In this document: positions 12,933 through 25,226 of the stretch, piece after piece
How the letters are laid out: every line of letters starts with the position of its first letter
Position numbering within the stretch: position 1 is the first letter of the stretch
From: Octopus sinensis
Taxonomy: Eukaryota
Direction: 5' to 3'
Assembly: GCF_006345805.1 (NCBI RefSeq)
Contig: NC_042998.1
Span: forward strand, 95,108,001-95,172,000
DNA: 64,000 bases
Made by a program: the position numbers and the translations under genes
The notes under the pieces: model-generated
What the model saw: the letters and a program-made list of their open reading frames with translations, nothing else
Told to the model about the DNA's origin: nothing
The model's database searches: none

Positions 12933-14272
12933 GGCACTGTCATGCCTTTGGTTGTCAGAAGTGAAAGTAGAAAAATCTGACGTCAGACGTCAACTTCGTG
13001 TATTTACGTCGTCAAGTTTATACCTTCGTTTATTTACGTACCACCACGCTTTAATTTACGCCGTTTATTTACGTACCACCACGCTAGGTTTATAAAACAA
13101 TTGAAGCTTGAAGTTAAGTTTATAAATAAATACATTTCATTCCATGTTCTGTTTAAATTTTATAAATAAATATATTCTTGCATTATTCATTATTGTTTTT
13201 AAAAAAGAAATCACACCAAATCTGCACAAATGACCACCACCACCACCACCCCCATGACCACCACCGTGATCACATACACCAATCAGAATGACCACTGACC
13301 ACCACGTGCGTAATTCAAAGTTTGAAATTTATTCAGTTAGAAAGTATTTCAGTGTGATATCAACACGTGCGAAAAAATTTTCAATATGGCTTTTGCATAT
13401 CCAAGTCTAAGAGGAATTAATCACCGCGATATTGCCATCGCCACGGCTACAACAGCAGATAGCATTAATTGGCTTAAGAGACATGGCCTTTTGAATACCC
13501 AGAAAATATGTATATCGTGTGGAGGTACCATGAGTGAAATAGCGAAAAAAAGTATATCGGATGAAGTAATATGGTCGTGTGGAAGGCCTTGTCGAAAAAC
13601 CGTTTCAATTAGAAAAGGAACATTTTTAGAAAATAGTAAATTGAAGTGTCAACAAATCATAGATATATTGTATTACTGGGCCAAAGCAAAGGGAATAGGA
13701 CAGGAATGTCATTTAGCAAATGTAGCCGTAACAGATTGGAGGAATTTTTGCCGTGATATATGTGCAGAATATTATGTTGCACAGAACATTAAGCTCGGAG
13801 GACCGAACCGAATCGTAGAGATAGACGAAAGCGCGTTTTTTAGAAGAAAATATAATGTTGGCCATCGGGTTAAAACGCAGTGGGTATTTGGTGCTTTAGA
13901 AACAGATACCAGAAGATGTTTTTTAGTGGCAGTGGAAGATCGGACAGCGGATACCCTTTTACAAATTATAGAAGACCGTATATTGACTGGTACAACCATA
14001 ATTTCCGACCTTTGGCGTTCGTATAATACGCTCAATCAATCAGCTAGGATACAGACATTTAACCGTGAATCATTCAATAAATTTTGTTGATCCGGTAACA
14101 TTTGCCACAACCAACCACATAGAATGTTTATGGAAACATGTGAAGAATCGTAACAGAAGAGAAAACGGAACAGCCCGAAATTTACTTCAGACCCATCTCA
14201 TCGAATTCATGTGGCGCTATGAATTTAAGGACGATATACTTTCATCCTGACAACCAAAGGCATGACAGTGCC
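12933..14272 (+). mobile_element. Merlin (IS1016/IS1595-like) DNA transposon, 1340 bp, with both ends
   Basis: Perfect 26-bp TIR GGCACTGTCATGCCTTTGGTTGTCAG at 12933-12958 and 14247-14272; 8-bp flanking direct repeat GTAGTAGT at 12925-12932 and 14273-14280. Confidence 0.93.
13386..14250 (+). pseudogene. Merlin/ISXO2-like DDE transposase, frameshifted by a 4-bp duplication
   Basis: Zn-ribbon C..C...C...C; VEIDES, IISDLW and TNHIE.LW catalytic motifs. Removing one AATC at 14034-14041 restores LNQLGYRHLTVNHS. Confidence 0.9.
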
Positions 14273-14311
<39 letters not shown>

Positions 14312-14567
14312 AGGCATTGAGTTGGCAGAATCGTTAGCACGCCAGTCAAAATGCTTAGCGGCATTTCGTCATCTCAAAGTTCCGAGTTCAAATTCCACCA
14401 AGGTCGACATTGCTTTTCAGGATCAATAAAATAAGTATTATTTGAAAGCTGAGGTCGATGTAACCGACTCACCCCGAAATTCCTGCCCCTTGTGCCAAAA
14501 TTTTAAGTCACTGTTAAACAAACAATAACATAAGTTTATGACCAACAAAGAAGGTGATTGAACTTAC

Positions 14568-14740
14568 TGTATTTGATGCATATAAGACGAATATTTTCCA
14601 GAAAAATGTCTCAAAAATACCCCCGGGTCCTATATACTAAATAGAGCCTCCCACAAGCTTTAATGCGCTAAAGCATTTTTTCCTGAATATGCGCTGCTAA
14701 AATTGGGGTGCGTCACGTATGACTGTATGTAGTTTGTGCC
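14568..14740 (+). mobile_element. Tigger/pogo-like DNA transposon fragment (related copy at about 18822)
   Basis: Shared terminus-like sequence C(C/T)GTA(T/C)TTGATGCATATAAGACG at both sites. Confidence 0.45.
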
Positions 14741-14966
14741 ATCAAATACTTACCGATACTCGATTCTGCAATGCAGCTTCCACTAATGTAATTAAATCAT
14801 GTAGTAATAACAAATATTTTGTGCATCGGTTTTAATGTTTTACAGTTATATGTATTTAAGCTCTGTGGAAGAAACACTGGCGTGTGCAAATTCTCGTTAC
14901 AGTCTTAGTTATGTGAACATTATTGTGTGGAAGTTTTAATGAATATGATTTTTTTAAAAATCTTAC

Positions 14967-15119
14967 TTTCCTCTGCAGTTATTACAGAGACACTTTCACT
15001 CAGAGGACTTTCGTCTTCGTCTGCCGTCACCTGAAGCTGGATCCGGTATTTGGTAGATGGTTTGAGAGAATCAATTACACAATGGCAGCTGTTCGTTGTT
15101 TGGTTTACACATAATTGAT
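14967..15119 (-). CDS. ARM+FN3 gene exon 10 ([51 protein letters not shown]), second half of FN3 #1
   Basis: Acceptor ctttcag, donor gtaaga, 153 nt, phase 1 to 1; L.P.T.Y FN3 signature. Confidence 0.92.
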
Positions 15120-15151
15120 CTGAAAGTATATGTATATACGTGTGTGTGTGT

Positions 15152-15203
<52 letters not shown>

Positions 15204-15352
15204 TATATATATATATATGCATATATATATATATGTATTATATATATATATGTATATATATATATGAATAAATAAATATATATATATATATATATAAATA
15301 AATATATATATGAATAATATATATATATATGAATATATATATATATATGAAT

Positions 15353-15394
<42 letters not shown>

Positions 15395-15488
15395 TATATA
15401 TAATATATATATATTATTATATATATATATATAATATATATATATATATGAATTATATATATATATTATATATATATATATATATATA

Positions 15489-15548
<60 letters not shown>

Positions 15549-15584
15549 TATATATAATATATATACATACATATATATATATAC

Positions 15585-15715
15585 AAGAATTTTTTGCGTA
15601 ATGAGATAAAAAAAAACCAAGGCTGTGTAGATATTAGAACATGTATAGATATCTATAAATGTTCTAATACCTACACACCCTTGGTTTTTTTTATCTCATT
15701 ACGCAAATAATTCTT
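15585..15715. repeat. 131-bp near-perfect fold-back palindrome without a loop
   Basis: Arms centre on GAT|ATC at 15650/15651; directly follows a long TA-rich tract. Confidence 0.95.
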
Positions 15716-15865
15716 ATATACACACGCTGACATATGACCAACGTTGAATCCCTTATTCGTAAAATCACCGAACCTGGAACTTAACTATGGTCTGTCTATA
15801 GCACTTATTCAGCATTACCTGACACCTTTGGGTCTCAATGACACCATTACCTCTTATAACCTCAA

Positions 15866-15947
<82 letters not shown>

Positions 15948-15952
<5 letters not shown>

Positions 15953-16415
15953 CTCTTGTGTCTGAGGAGAGTCATTCTCTTTTAGTGCCTTATTATTTAG
16001 CACACTCACCGGTAACATTTCCACTCATTTATTTTTCTAAAATTTTCGTTGCATCTTGCAACCTTTTCAGTAGTTGTTGACTCTGTCCATTATTTACACT
16101 GCCTTCTTTTCCTTTTTGTTTGTGCGCATGTGTGTGAGTCAGTGTGTGTGTGCATACACATGTATGTATGTATGTATGTATGTATGTATGTATGTATGTG
16201 TACGTATGTATATAAATATATGTATGTGTGTGTATGCATGTATGTGTGTGTGTGCATATGTATATATTTATGTATGTGTGTACATTTGTATGTATTCTGC
16301 ATATTCATGTGTTTGCGTGTCCGTATTTGTGTGTTTTAATATATGTGGGTGTGTATGTGTTTGCATGTGTGTGTGTGTACCTCTGTTTCTTTGTAAGTAC
16401 ATGTCTGAGTGTGTA

Positions 16416-16473
<58 letters not shown>

Positions 16474-17094
16474 TGTTTTGCAACTATGTACTGTGTTTGT
16501 ATGTATGGATATGTATCTCCATATGTGTGGACATGTGTCTCCATATGTGCCGCCCTTGTGTGAAGTAAGGTGTGTGTATATATATGGTCATATGTTTCAG
16601 TCTTTATTTGTGTATGTGTGTGTATGTGTGCTTGTCTATTCATATAACCTATGTACCTATCCGTCTATATGTCTATCTGTTTACTTTCATATCCATATGC
16701 TTACATACATGTGCATATACATATACATATATACATAGACCCACACACACACATACATCTATCTACATAACAGCCCAATAACTATTCTACTCTTCTTGTA
16801 TAAAATGTGGGTATGGGGAAATTATATCTACTACGTATATTTTCTTTTTAGTATTGGGGAAGTTTCATTTATGAGGACGTACTCTTGCATTTGTCTGAGT
16901 GCTGGGTCCTTTGGCTGCTTGGGTAAGATGCGTATGTCAAGTTGACCCATATTGCCTCCATGTTGGTCCTTGGCATATTGGTAGAGTATGGAGGACTGTT
17001 TTTTTGTGTCACGTTGTCTCAAATGTCTATTTGGCCGTTCCGCAATGCTCTTAGATGTCTCCCCTATGTATGTCATGTTCGTGTCTTTACAAGC

Positions 17095-17143
<49 letters not shown>

Positions 17144-17280
17144 TGCATACACACAAACACGGACACGCAAACATAAATATGCAGAATACATACATACAAA
17201 TGTACACACATACATACATACATATATACATATGCATACACACATATACATGCATACACACACATTCATGCATACATACA

Positions 17281-17314
<34 letters not shown>

Positions 17315-17600
17315 CATAAATACATAAATACATACATACATACATACATACATACATACATACATACATACATACATACATACATACATACATACATGTG
17401 TATGCACACACATGCGTACAAACAAAACAAAAAAAGAATGCTGTGTAAATAACGGACAGAGTCGACAACTATTAAAAAGGTTGCAAGACGCAACGAAATT
17501 TTTAGAAAAATAAAGAAGGAAATGAGTGGAAATTTTACCGGTGAGTGTGTTAAATTATAAGGCGCTAAAAGAGAATGACTCTCCCCAGCCACAACAGTGT
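15948..17600. repeat. About 500-bp inverted duplication (15948-16470 / 17100-17600) including compound microsatellites
   Basis: GAGAGTCATTCTCTTTTAG...CACTCACCGGTAA and the interrupted (GT)/(GTAT) tracts occur on opposite strands. Confidence 0.9.
16831..17098 (-). mobile_element. Penelope-like element GIY-YIG endonuclease fragment
   Basis: TYIGETSKSIAER..RH...R..QE.VLI...P.L motif pattern typical of the PLE C-terminal endonuclease. Confidence 0.8.
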
Positions 17601-17656
17601 ATGCTTCAACACACGGACTCACATAAAGAATCTTGCAAACCAAATCTAAAAACGAA

Positions 17657-17737
<81 letters not shown>

Positions 17738-17889
17738 CACTAGCTTAGCTAGAGTGTGTGCCGCCTGGAACAGGCCTTCCCCTTTTCTGCCCTCGGATCC
17801 CACAAAATACACATATTGCCTACAGCAGACCCAAAGGTGGTGCCCCTACCGCCTCTACCGTCCCTACCGTCTCCCCACTAGATATGTTA

Positions 17890-17957
<68 letters not shown>

Positions 17958-17961
<4 letters not shown>

Positions 17962-18224
17962 TTAGAGATAAAACCACTATTAGGCAAATCAAACAGTGAA
18001 AAACATAAACCAAAACATAGAAATAAAATTAATTAATATAATATACAAAATATAAAATATAAAATTTAAAATTTAAAATTTAAATAATTTAAATTTTGAA
18101 TTTTATATTTTATATCTTTTTGTATTTTATATTTTGTATATTATATTAATTAATTTTATTTCTATGTTTTGGTTTATGTTTTTCACTGTTTCATTTGCCT
18201 AATAGTGGTTTTATCTCTAATTTA
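17958..18224. repeat. About 265-bp AT-rich fold-back palindrome flanked by (TA)n
   Basis: TAAATTAGAGATAAAACCACTATTAGGCAAAT... mirrored by ...ATTTGCCTAATAGTGGTTTTATCTCTAATTTA. Confidence 0.95.
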
Positions 18225-18312
18225 TATATATATATATATATTTATACTGTAAAATTGGATTTAATCCTAAATCTAATTTTTTCCCTGTAAGTTTGGATTT
18301 ACTCCCTAATAT

Positions 18313-18357
<45 letters not shown>

Positions 18358-18520
18358 AAATTAGAAAATGGAGAAATATATCTAAATCAATCATCAAGCA
18401 TCTGATAATACCCAATCAATACTTTATTGAACCATTACACAATAACAATGATATTATACATTAATATAGTACAAATATAACAAGACATAGAAATAGAAAT
18501 AGAAATACATTTATATTGTA

Positions 18521-18630
18521 GCTGACAGCTGTTTCGGCCGTGAAGACAGGTATGTCCCATTTAACCTATTAGCCATATAAAGCAGGTATAAATGAGACAT
18601 TAACAAGAATATCTCACGGCCTCTTCAGAG
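18521..18630 (-). ncRNA. Candidate minimal type I hammerhead ribozyme (Penelope-associated type)
   Basis: Minus strand reads CTGAAGA-GGCCGTGA...TCACGGCC-GAAAC-AGCT-GTC: intact core, 8-bp stem II, palindromic stem III, GUC site; stem I is only 2 bp. Confidence 0.6.
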
Positions 18631-18642
18631 AATTTAATGCAA

Positions 18643-18673
<31 letters not shown>

Positions 18674-19366
18674 TGTGTATGATTCACAATCAAAGGTGCA
18701 GCAGTGGCATAATCCGAACGAATAAGGTGGCGTAATCCAATGGTAGAAAGAGATCCATGAATAAGTTATCTTTTTACTTGTTATAAAATTTTATAACTAA
18801 AACAGAAGTTAATTGAACTTACCGTACTTGATGCATATAAGACGCGTATTCTTTCGGCAAAAATGTCTTTAAGCCTGATACTTATTCCATCGATGTCTTT
18901 TGACGAGCCGTTAAGTTACAAGAACGTAAAGACCAACACGGGTTGTCAAAAGATGGTGGGGTACAAACACACACACACACACACACACACACATAAACAC
19001 ACACACACACACACACGACGAGATTCTTTCCGTTTCCGTCCAAACAGACAAATATAATGCTACACATATATATCGGTTAAGATAATAATCAATAATTCCT
19101 TAATAGCTGTAATTATTGGATTACTTAACTGATTATAATAAACATAAATTTGCATGCAATCAAATGCAGTACAAAGAACTGGAAATACTCTCGTTTGCAG
19201 TATTAATTTACTGCAGTATATTGAACTTTTCAAACAAAATATATTGGCATCTTGATAGGAAAACTTAGGGGGCCAATTAATTAAACATAACTTCCGAAAT
19301 CATAGATAAAAGTAAATGGTTTTTGTTTTCTTTTACTAAGCTTAGTTTAGATGAGAAAACACTTAC

Positions 19367-19450
19367 CTACAAAAATCTTGTACGTTATAACGAAGCCAGA
19401 TTTTGATATCACCTGATTCCATTCGATTTCAAGCCATGTAGAATCAATAT
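19367..19450 (-). CDS. ARM+FN3 gene exon 9 (IDSTWLEIEWNQVISKSGFVITYKIFV), first half of FN3 #1
   Basis: Acceptor ctttatag, donor gtaagt, 84 nt, phase 1 to 1; conserved FN3 W and Y. Confidence 0.9.
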
Positions 19451-20501
19451 CTATAAAGAAGCCAAAAAAAAAAAAAAATCTATAAAAAAGGCTAAAATCT
19501 ATTTGAAATAAATAAATCTAATCACCATAATTATTATTATTGTCTTGGTACCTTCCCTCTATATTTTCAACTGACCTTTCTTATTCAATCACATTGGCGA
19601 GTTGTGCAGAATTTTTGTTATTAGATTGTGGCCATGCTGGATCACACAGCCTTCAAGTATTTATTTGAAGAAATCACCTCCAAGACCACATAGTTGAGTA
19701 GCAAAATCCTTAACCACACCCCCACGGCTAATTCAGTTTAATATTTATGCTTTATTTTATTTTATTTTATTTCTTCGTAATGTTACCTCCGTTAGCATGA
19801 GTTATTCAGTTTAACTTTTCACTACTTCATAGGCAGCGAACTGGCAGAATCGTAAAAGTATTGGACAAAAATGCCATTATGTTTCGAATAAAAACTCTGC
19901 TGAGGTCGACTTTGCTTTTTATCCTTCCAAGGTCGATAAAATAAGTGCCATTTGAGCAATGGGGGAAAGGCTCAATAAAATCGATTTACCACTTCCCCTA
20001 AAATTGCTAGCCATGTGTCAAAATTTCTAACCATTAAACAATATTTGAATTTATTTTATTTCTTCGTAATATTATCTCAACTGCAAGGAGGCGAGCTGGC
20101 AGAATTGCTAGCAAGCAGGGCTGAACTCTTAGCGGCATTTGGTCCGTCTCTACGTTCTGAGTTCAAATTTCATCAAGGTTGATTTTGCCTTTCATTCTTA
20201 CGGGATCGATAGAATAAGCACCATTTGAGTACTAGGATCGACGTAATCGACTTTCCCTTTCCCCAGAAATTGCTAGCTTTGTGCCAAAAATTTGAGATCA
20301 ATATTATCTGAATTGTATGTTATTTAACATTTCATTTTATTTTAATTCATTTTCTTCAAGTGCTACCTCTACTGATTTTAGCTTATTGACTTCCATAGAA
20401 AAAGCTATTATTCGAACCCATACCCATGAGAATAGTATCGTAACTTCAGTTAGTTTATTAAATTGAGCATGTAACTCATATTTTTGTTAATAACACATTT
20501 A

Positions 20502-21059
20502 CGAAGTTTGATGAAAAAGTATCGGGTCTGTTGCTATGGTAACGGAGCTAACGTACGCAGAATGAAGCTGCTCTGCACAGATTGACCTTGAACTCTGCTG
20601 TGCTTGCGCACTAAGCTATAATGTTCTCACTGACTTCTGTTGTTTATAGCAGTGCTTTTTGGAAGTAAAGTGTGTAGAGTATGATCATCTTAAGATTTGG
20701 CAACAGTTACGCAGGATCTCCTTGATTGTGTTGAGGAGGACGAAAACCTTTTGAAAATGGTTATAACAGGTAACAAATTGTGGGTGTATGGGTATGACCT
20801 CGTAGCCAAGGCTCAGTTTTCTTAGTGAAAGACCCCAACAAGATTTCAAGACGTCGCGGAAATCCAAGAGAATGTGACGAGGCAGCTGCTCGTTATCTCA
20901 AGAAAGGAGTTCCATGGATGCTTCCATCATAGGAAACAACGCTGGATAAACGTGTGGCTTCAGAAGAGGACTACTTAGAAAGAGATTAAATGCCGAATTT
21001 ATATGTGCTTTAGTTTTCTTTTTATAGCACCAGTTCCGAAACTTTTTGATCAGACTGCG
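20502..21059 (+). mobile_element. Internally deleted mariner-family element
   Basis: TA-flanked TIRs close to CGAGGTCTGATCAAAAAGT; internal remnant resembling LLK.VITG..(W)VYGYD. Confidence 0.8.
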
Positions 21060-21116
21060 TATTTAAATCGGGTGTAAAATATTATAAGACATATGCGTCA
21101 TAATAAGTTTTCTTAC

Positions 21117-21219
21117 GTCGAATTCTTGGAGGAGATGGTTTTTCTAATCTTTTGATAATTTTCAGAGCTGATGTTATCTCTTCTACGAGATCCTGATTGT
21201 CTTCATTTTCAAGAGAATT
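21117..21219 (-). CDS. ARM+FN3 gene exon 8 (NSLENEDNQDLVEEITSALKIIKRLEKPSPPRIR), ARM-to-FN3 junction
   Basis: Acceptor ttttccag, donor gtaaga, 103 nt, phase 0 to 1; the P.PP motif opens the first FN3. Confidence 0.88.
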
Positions 21220-22305
21220 CTGGAAAATAACTGACATAAATTTATCTCAAATAACTGATGAATAAAACATTGAACAGGGGGTCTTGGGTTCAGTAATATT
21301 GTGTGGCACCTAAGACAAGTGTCTTCTACAAGAGAACCAGGTCGACCAATTCCTTGTAAGTGGATTTTATAGGCGGAAACTGAAAACGCCCGTCGTGTGT
21401 GTGTGTGGTTTTGTTGTGTTTGTCTCCCTCACCACTGGCTTGAAAACCGGCGTTGGTTTGTTTACGTCCTCGTTCAGTAAATGAGACCGGTAGAATAGGC
21501 TTAAAATATATATACTAGGGTGGATATGTTCGACTAAACCATTCAAGTCCGTGCCCCAGCATGGCCGCAGTCAAGATAATTTTAATAGTTGTTTAACACT
21601 TGATTTTCCACTGAGAACGTTTTGTTCATATTTGGAAGGTAAGCATGACTTACAGGTCCTCTTGAAGCTATTATCGATAAAATAAATATAAAAAAAGAAC
21701 TGGTTGATTTCAACGGGATTCTGTTATAAGCTTTAGGAATACTGTTCTGTATTTTTTATGAGAAATTTTCAATAACTTAAACAATTTCCAAGAATTAACA
21801 TTTGTGTGTCAATCTTTTGTAGTACTCGACATCATGGAGTCTACAAAATAATTATTTTTAGGAATTGATTTCCTGTCTCATAAAAGGAGCCATTTAGCAA
21901 TTAAAGAGCAAAAAGAAATGTATGTTTATAAAATATTGGTCTATGTTGACAATTCTGTAAATAAAACCATTTTTACATAACTATAACTAGATACAATGGA
22001 ATGTTAAAATTCATCGTTGTAGACAAAGTGTATCATGGTTGATGAAGAATTCTTCACATGACCAATGATTGCAGGAGACTGGCGCCCTATCCAGGTGGAA
22101 TAATAGTTTCTTTTAAAAGAATAAGCTTTAGCATATCGAAATTGCGTTAGACCAAAATACAACGAAACAAAAATAGGGGAAAAAATTATTTCATACGGTC
22201 CGCCTGAATTAATTTGCTTCATTACCCGAAATTAATAAAAATGATATTATTTTGCATGGCTTATAATTTATATCGGAGACATGATTATGACTCGATTATA
22301 TCTAC

Positions 22306-22384
22306 CTTCATGGATGTCTCAACAGTTTTATGTCTTCGGATCTGCAAGCATCCCCGAGGGAATCTGGCAATCGTATGAAGTGTA
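22306..22384 (-). CDS. ARM+FN3 gene exon 7 (TLHTIARFPRGCLQIRRHKTVETSMK)
   Basis: Acceptor cttttcag, donor gtagat, 79 nt, phase 2 to 0. Confidence 0.85.
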
Positions 22385-22719
22385 CTGAAAAGAACATTAG
22401 CAAATCATGAAATTTGTTTCACGACCAAGATACAAGTTATTAAATTAGTTTACTCTTCTCATGACTATTTACCGTTAGATAAACTACAAATTATCATTAC
22501 ATAAATTCAAAATAAAATAATGTAAGGTCAACTTAAGCACTGAATATGATAGAATTAATGTTGAAATAAAACTTCTCTGGATAACAAGAAAAATTCGTGT
22601 TTAAAGTATTTGAAAAGGAAAAAAAAACTCGATTTGCAAGGCAAAAAATATCATGTTCAAGGTATTGCTCAGCAGCTGATCCCTTGCAGGTCCGATATGT
22701 AATAGAAAATATAAATAAT

Positions 22720-23020
22720 GCTCCATTTATGTAGAAGATATCACGCATGTGGCCAGCAGCTGGTCAAAAACGCCACCAAGGTACTACCTCACAGTGTGAT
22801 ACGACCATCTCGCTAAAACAACATACAATGCCATCCGGAAAAACGAAAAGAGACTGTCCTGAGATAAATATAGAGCATCCCATCTGTTGTTGAATACTTG
22901 CATAAACATTAAGACAAAGGAATATTGGTGGAACATTTCTATCAAATCTTCTACAAACATAAGAGGCCGGATATATTTATTTGGGACAGGCAAGAAAAAC
23001 TATGTACCATCATAAAGGTC
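22720..23020 (+). mobile_element. Highly decayed RLE (R4-like) LINE fragment
   Basis: Remnants resembling RYYL...HD..AK..YN and EYWWNISIK...PDIFIWD. Confidence 0.5.
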
Positions 23021-23929
23021 AGCTCCACTGCTAATGTAAATATTTCTTGGAAAATTAAAGAGAAAGAGGGTAACTTCATATAACTATTTCATAAATTTCA
23101 GCTTCTCTACTGAGGTTAAATTTACATTTATACCAATAATAATTGTTGTGCTTGGTTTTATTAGTAAATATCTAAGTGATAATTCGGGAAAGCTAGAGTT
23201 TTAAGAAAGAGAAATTAACCATCCAACACGCACATTACGAATATAATTTCACGTTGCTCCAGTCTATATTGCGCCATCTGGAAATAATTAACAGCAAATG
23301 CTGCCCACTCTACCACCACCTATCACATTCAGGTGAAGGCGCATGGCTTAGTCATTAAGCTATTCAGTTGACGATCACGAGATCGTGAGTTCGATTCCCG
23401 GCGATGCGTTGTGTTCTTGAACAAGATAATTTATTTCACGTTGCTCCAGCCCACTCAGCTGGCAAAAATGAAAGGTACCTGTAATTTAAAGGGTCAGCCT
23501 TGTAACATTTTGTATCACGCTGAATCTTCTTGAGAACTACATTAAGGGTATGCGTGGCTGTGGAGTGCTCAGCCACATGCACGTTAAGTTCACGAGCAGG
23601 CTGTTCCGTTAAACGGATTAGCTGGAACATTCATCGTCGTTATCGAAAGAGTGTCAGTTTGTTATCCCACTCAGGGTGACCACTGGGGTGACCAGTGGGG
23701 TAAAGTGTAAGAGGCCGAGAAAGTGTCTATGTCTGATCGATACTACATAGAAAGCATGTTAACATTATATGCACACCTGCGATTGACCTTTATTTTTACA
23801 ATACTGCGTTACATTAATAAAACAGAAAATTATATTCTAGACGCAAAATAGTTTCAAAGTGTTGAAGAATATGTAGAACTATAATAGTTAACTCATATTA
23901 TGAAAAATAGAGGTAATAACGAAACTTAC

Positions 23930-24126
23930 ACGGCAGCGAACCATCCTGTTTCATGATCTTCAGAAAATAAGAGTTTAGCAAGTGTTTCCAAGATCTCTAT
24001 GCAGCAGGGAGAGGAGAGAAATATATCTTGGTTCCATTTTTTAATAAAAATAGAACTGAGAGCAAAACATGCATTCTTGCATGCACTGGGGTCAGTGTAG
24101 GTTAACATCTTCGAAAGTGCAGTAAT
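23930..24126 (-). CDS. ARM+FN3 gene exon 6 (ITALSKMLTYTDPSACKNACFALS...EDHETGWFAAV)
   Basis: Acceptor tttctag, donor gtaagt, 197 nt, phase 0 to 2. Confidence 0.9.
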
Positions 24127-24275
24127 CTAGAAAGGAAATTAATATATGCTTGCCGTTATTAATTAAACTACGTTTAAGAGAAAATAATGACTTTATTAAT
24201 CTATTGTAGCAGAATTACCAGTCGCTAATTTGATAGAACATCCATCCATCTATATATTCATACATTCATACATAC

Positions 24276-24349
<74 letters not shown>

Positions 24350-24618
24350 GTGTATATATATATATATATATACCTTAACTCGTTTACTTGTTTCAATCAT
24401 TTGACTGTGGCCATGCTGGAACACCGCCTTGAAGGGTTTTAGTCAAAGAAATTGACCCAGGACTTTTTTAAAGCCTAGTACTTATTCTATCAGTTTCTTT
24501 TGCCGAACCGCTAAGTTACGGGGGACATAAACACTGGTTGTCAAGCAGTCATGGGGGGTGGGTGGACAAACACAGACAAAAAGATACACACATATAGATA
24601 CTTAATCACTGGAGTTTA

Positions 24619-24694
<76 letters not shown>

Positions 24695-24715
24695 GAGACA
24701 GAGAGAGATAGAGAG

Positions 24716-24748
<33 letters not shown>

Positions 24749-25136
24749 CGGTAAAGAGCATGCTTACAAACCACATGTTTCCGGGTTCGGTCCCACTGCG
24801 TGGCACCTTGGGTAAGTGTCTTCTACTATAGCCTCGGGCCGACCAAAACATTATGAGTGGATTTGGTAGACGGAAACTGAAAGAAGCCCGTCGTATATGT
24901 GTGTGTGAGTTTGTATGTCTGTGTTTGTCCCCCCAACATCATTTGACAACCGATGCTGGTGTATTTACGTTCCCGTAACTTAGCGGTTCAGCTAAGAGGC
25001 CGATAGAATAAGTACTAAATTTACAAAGAATAAGTCCTGGGGTCGAGTTGCTCAACTAAAGAGGGTGCCCCAGCATGGCTGCAGTCAAATGAGTGAAACA
25101 AGTTAAAGAATAAAAGAAAATTTTATATATACACAT

Positions 25137-25207
<71 letters not shown>

Positions 25208-25226
25208 ATATATATATATATATATA

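Noticed and set aside
22004-22222. 72-aa minus ORF as an extra exon
   Set aside because: Exons 7 and 8 already join in frame with sensible sequence; no ARM/FN3 features; possibly a decayed transposon.
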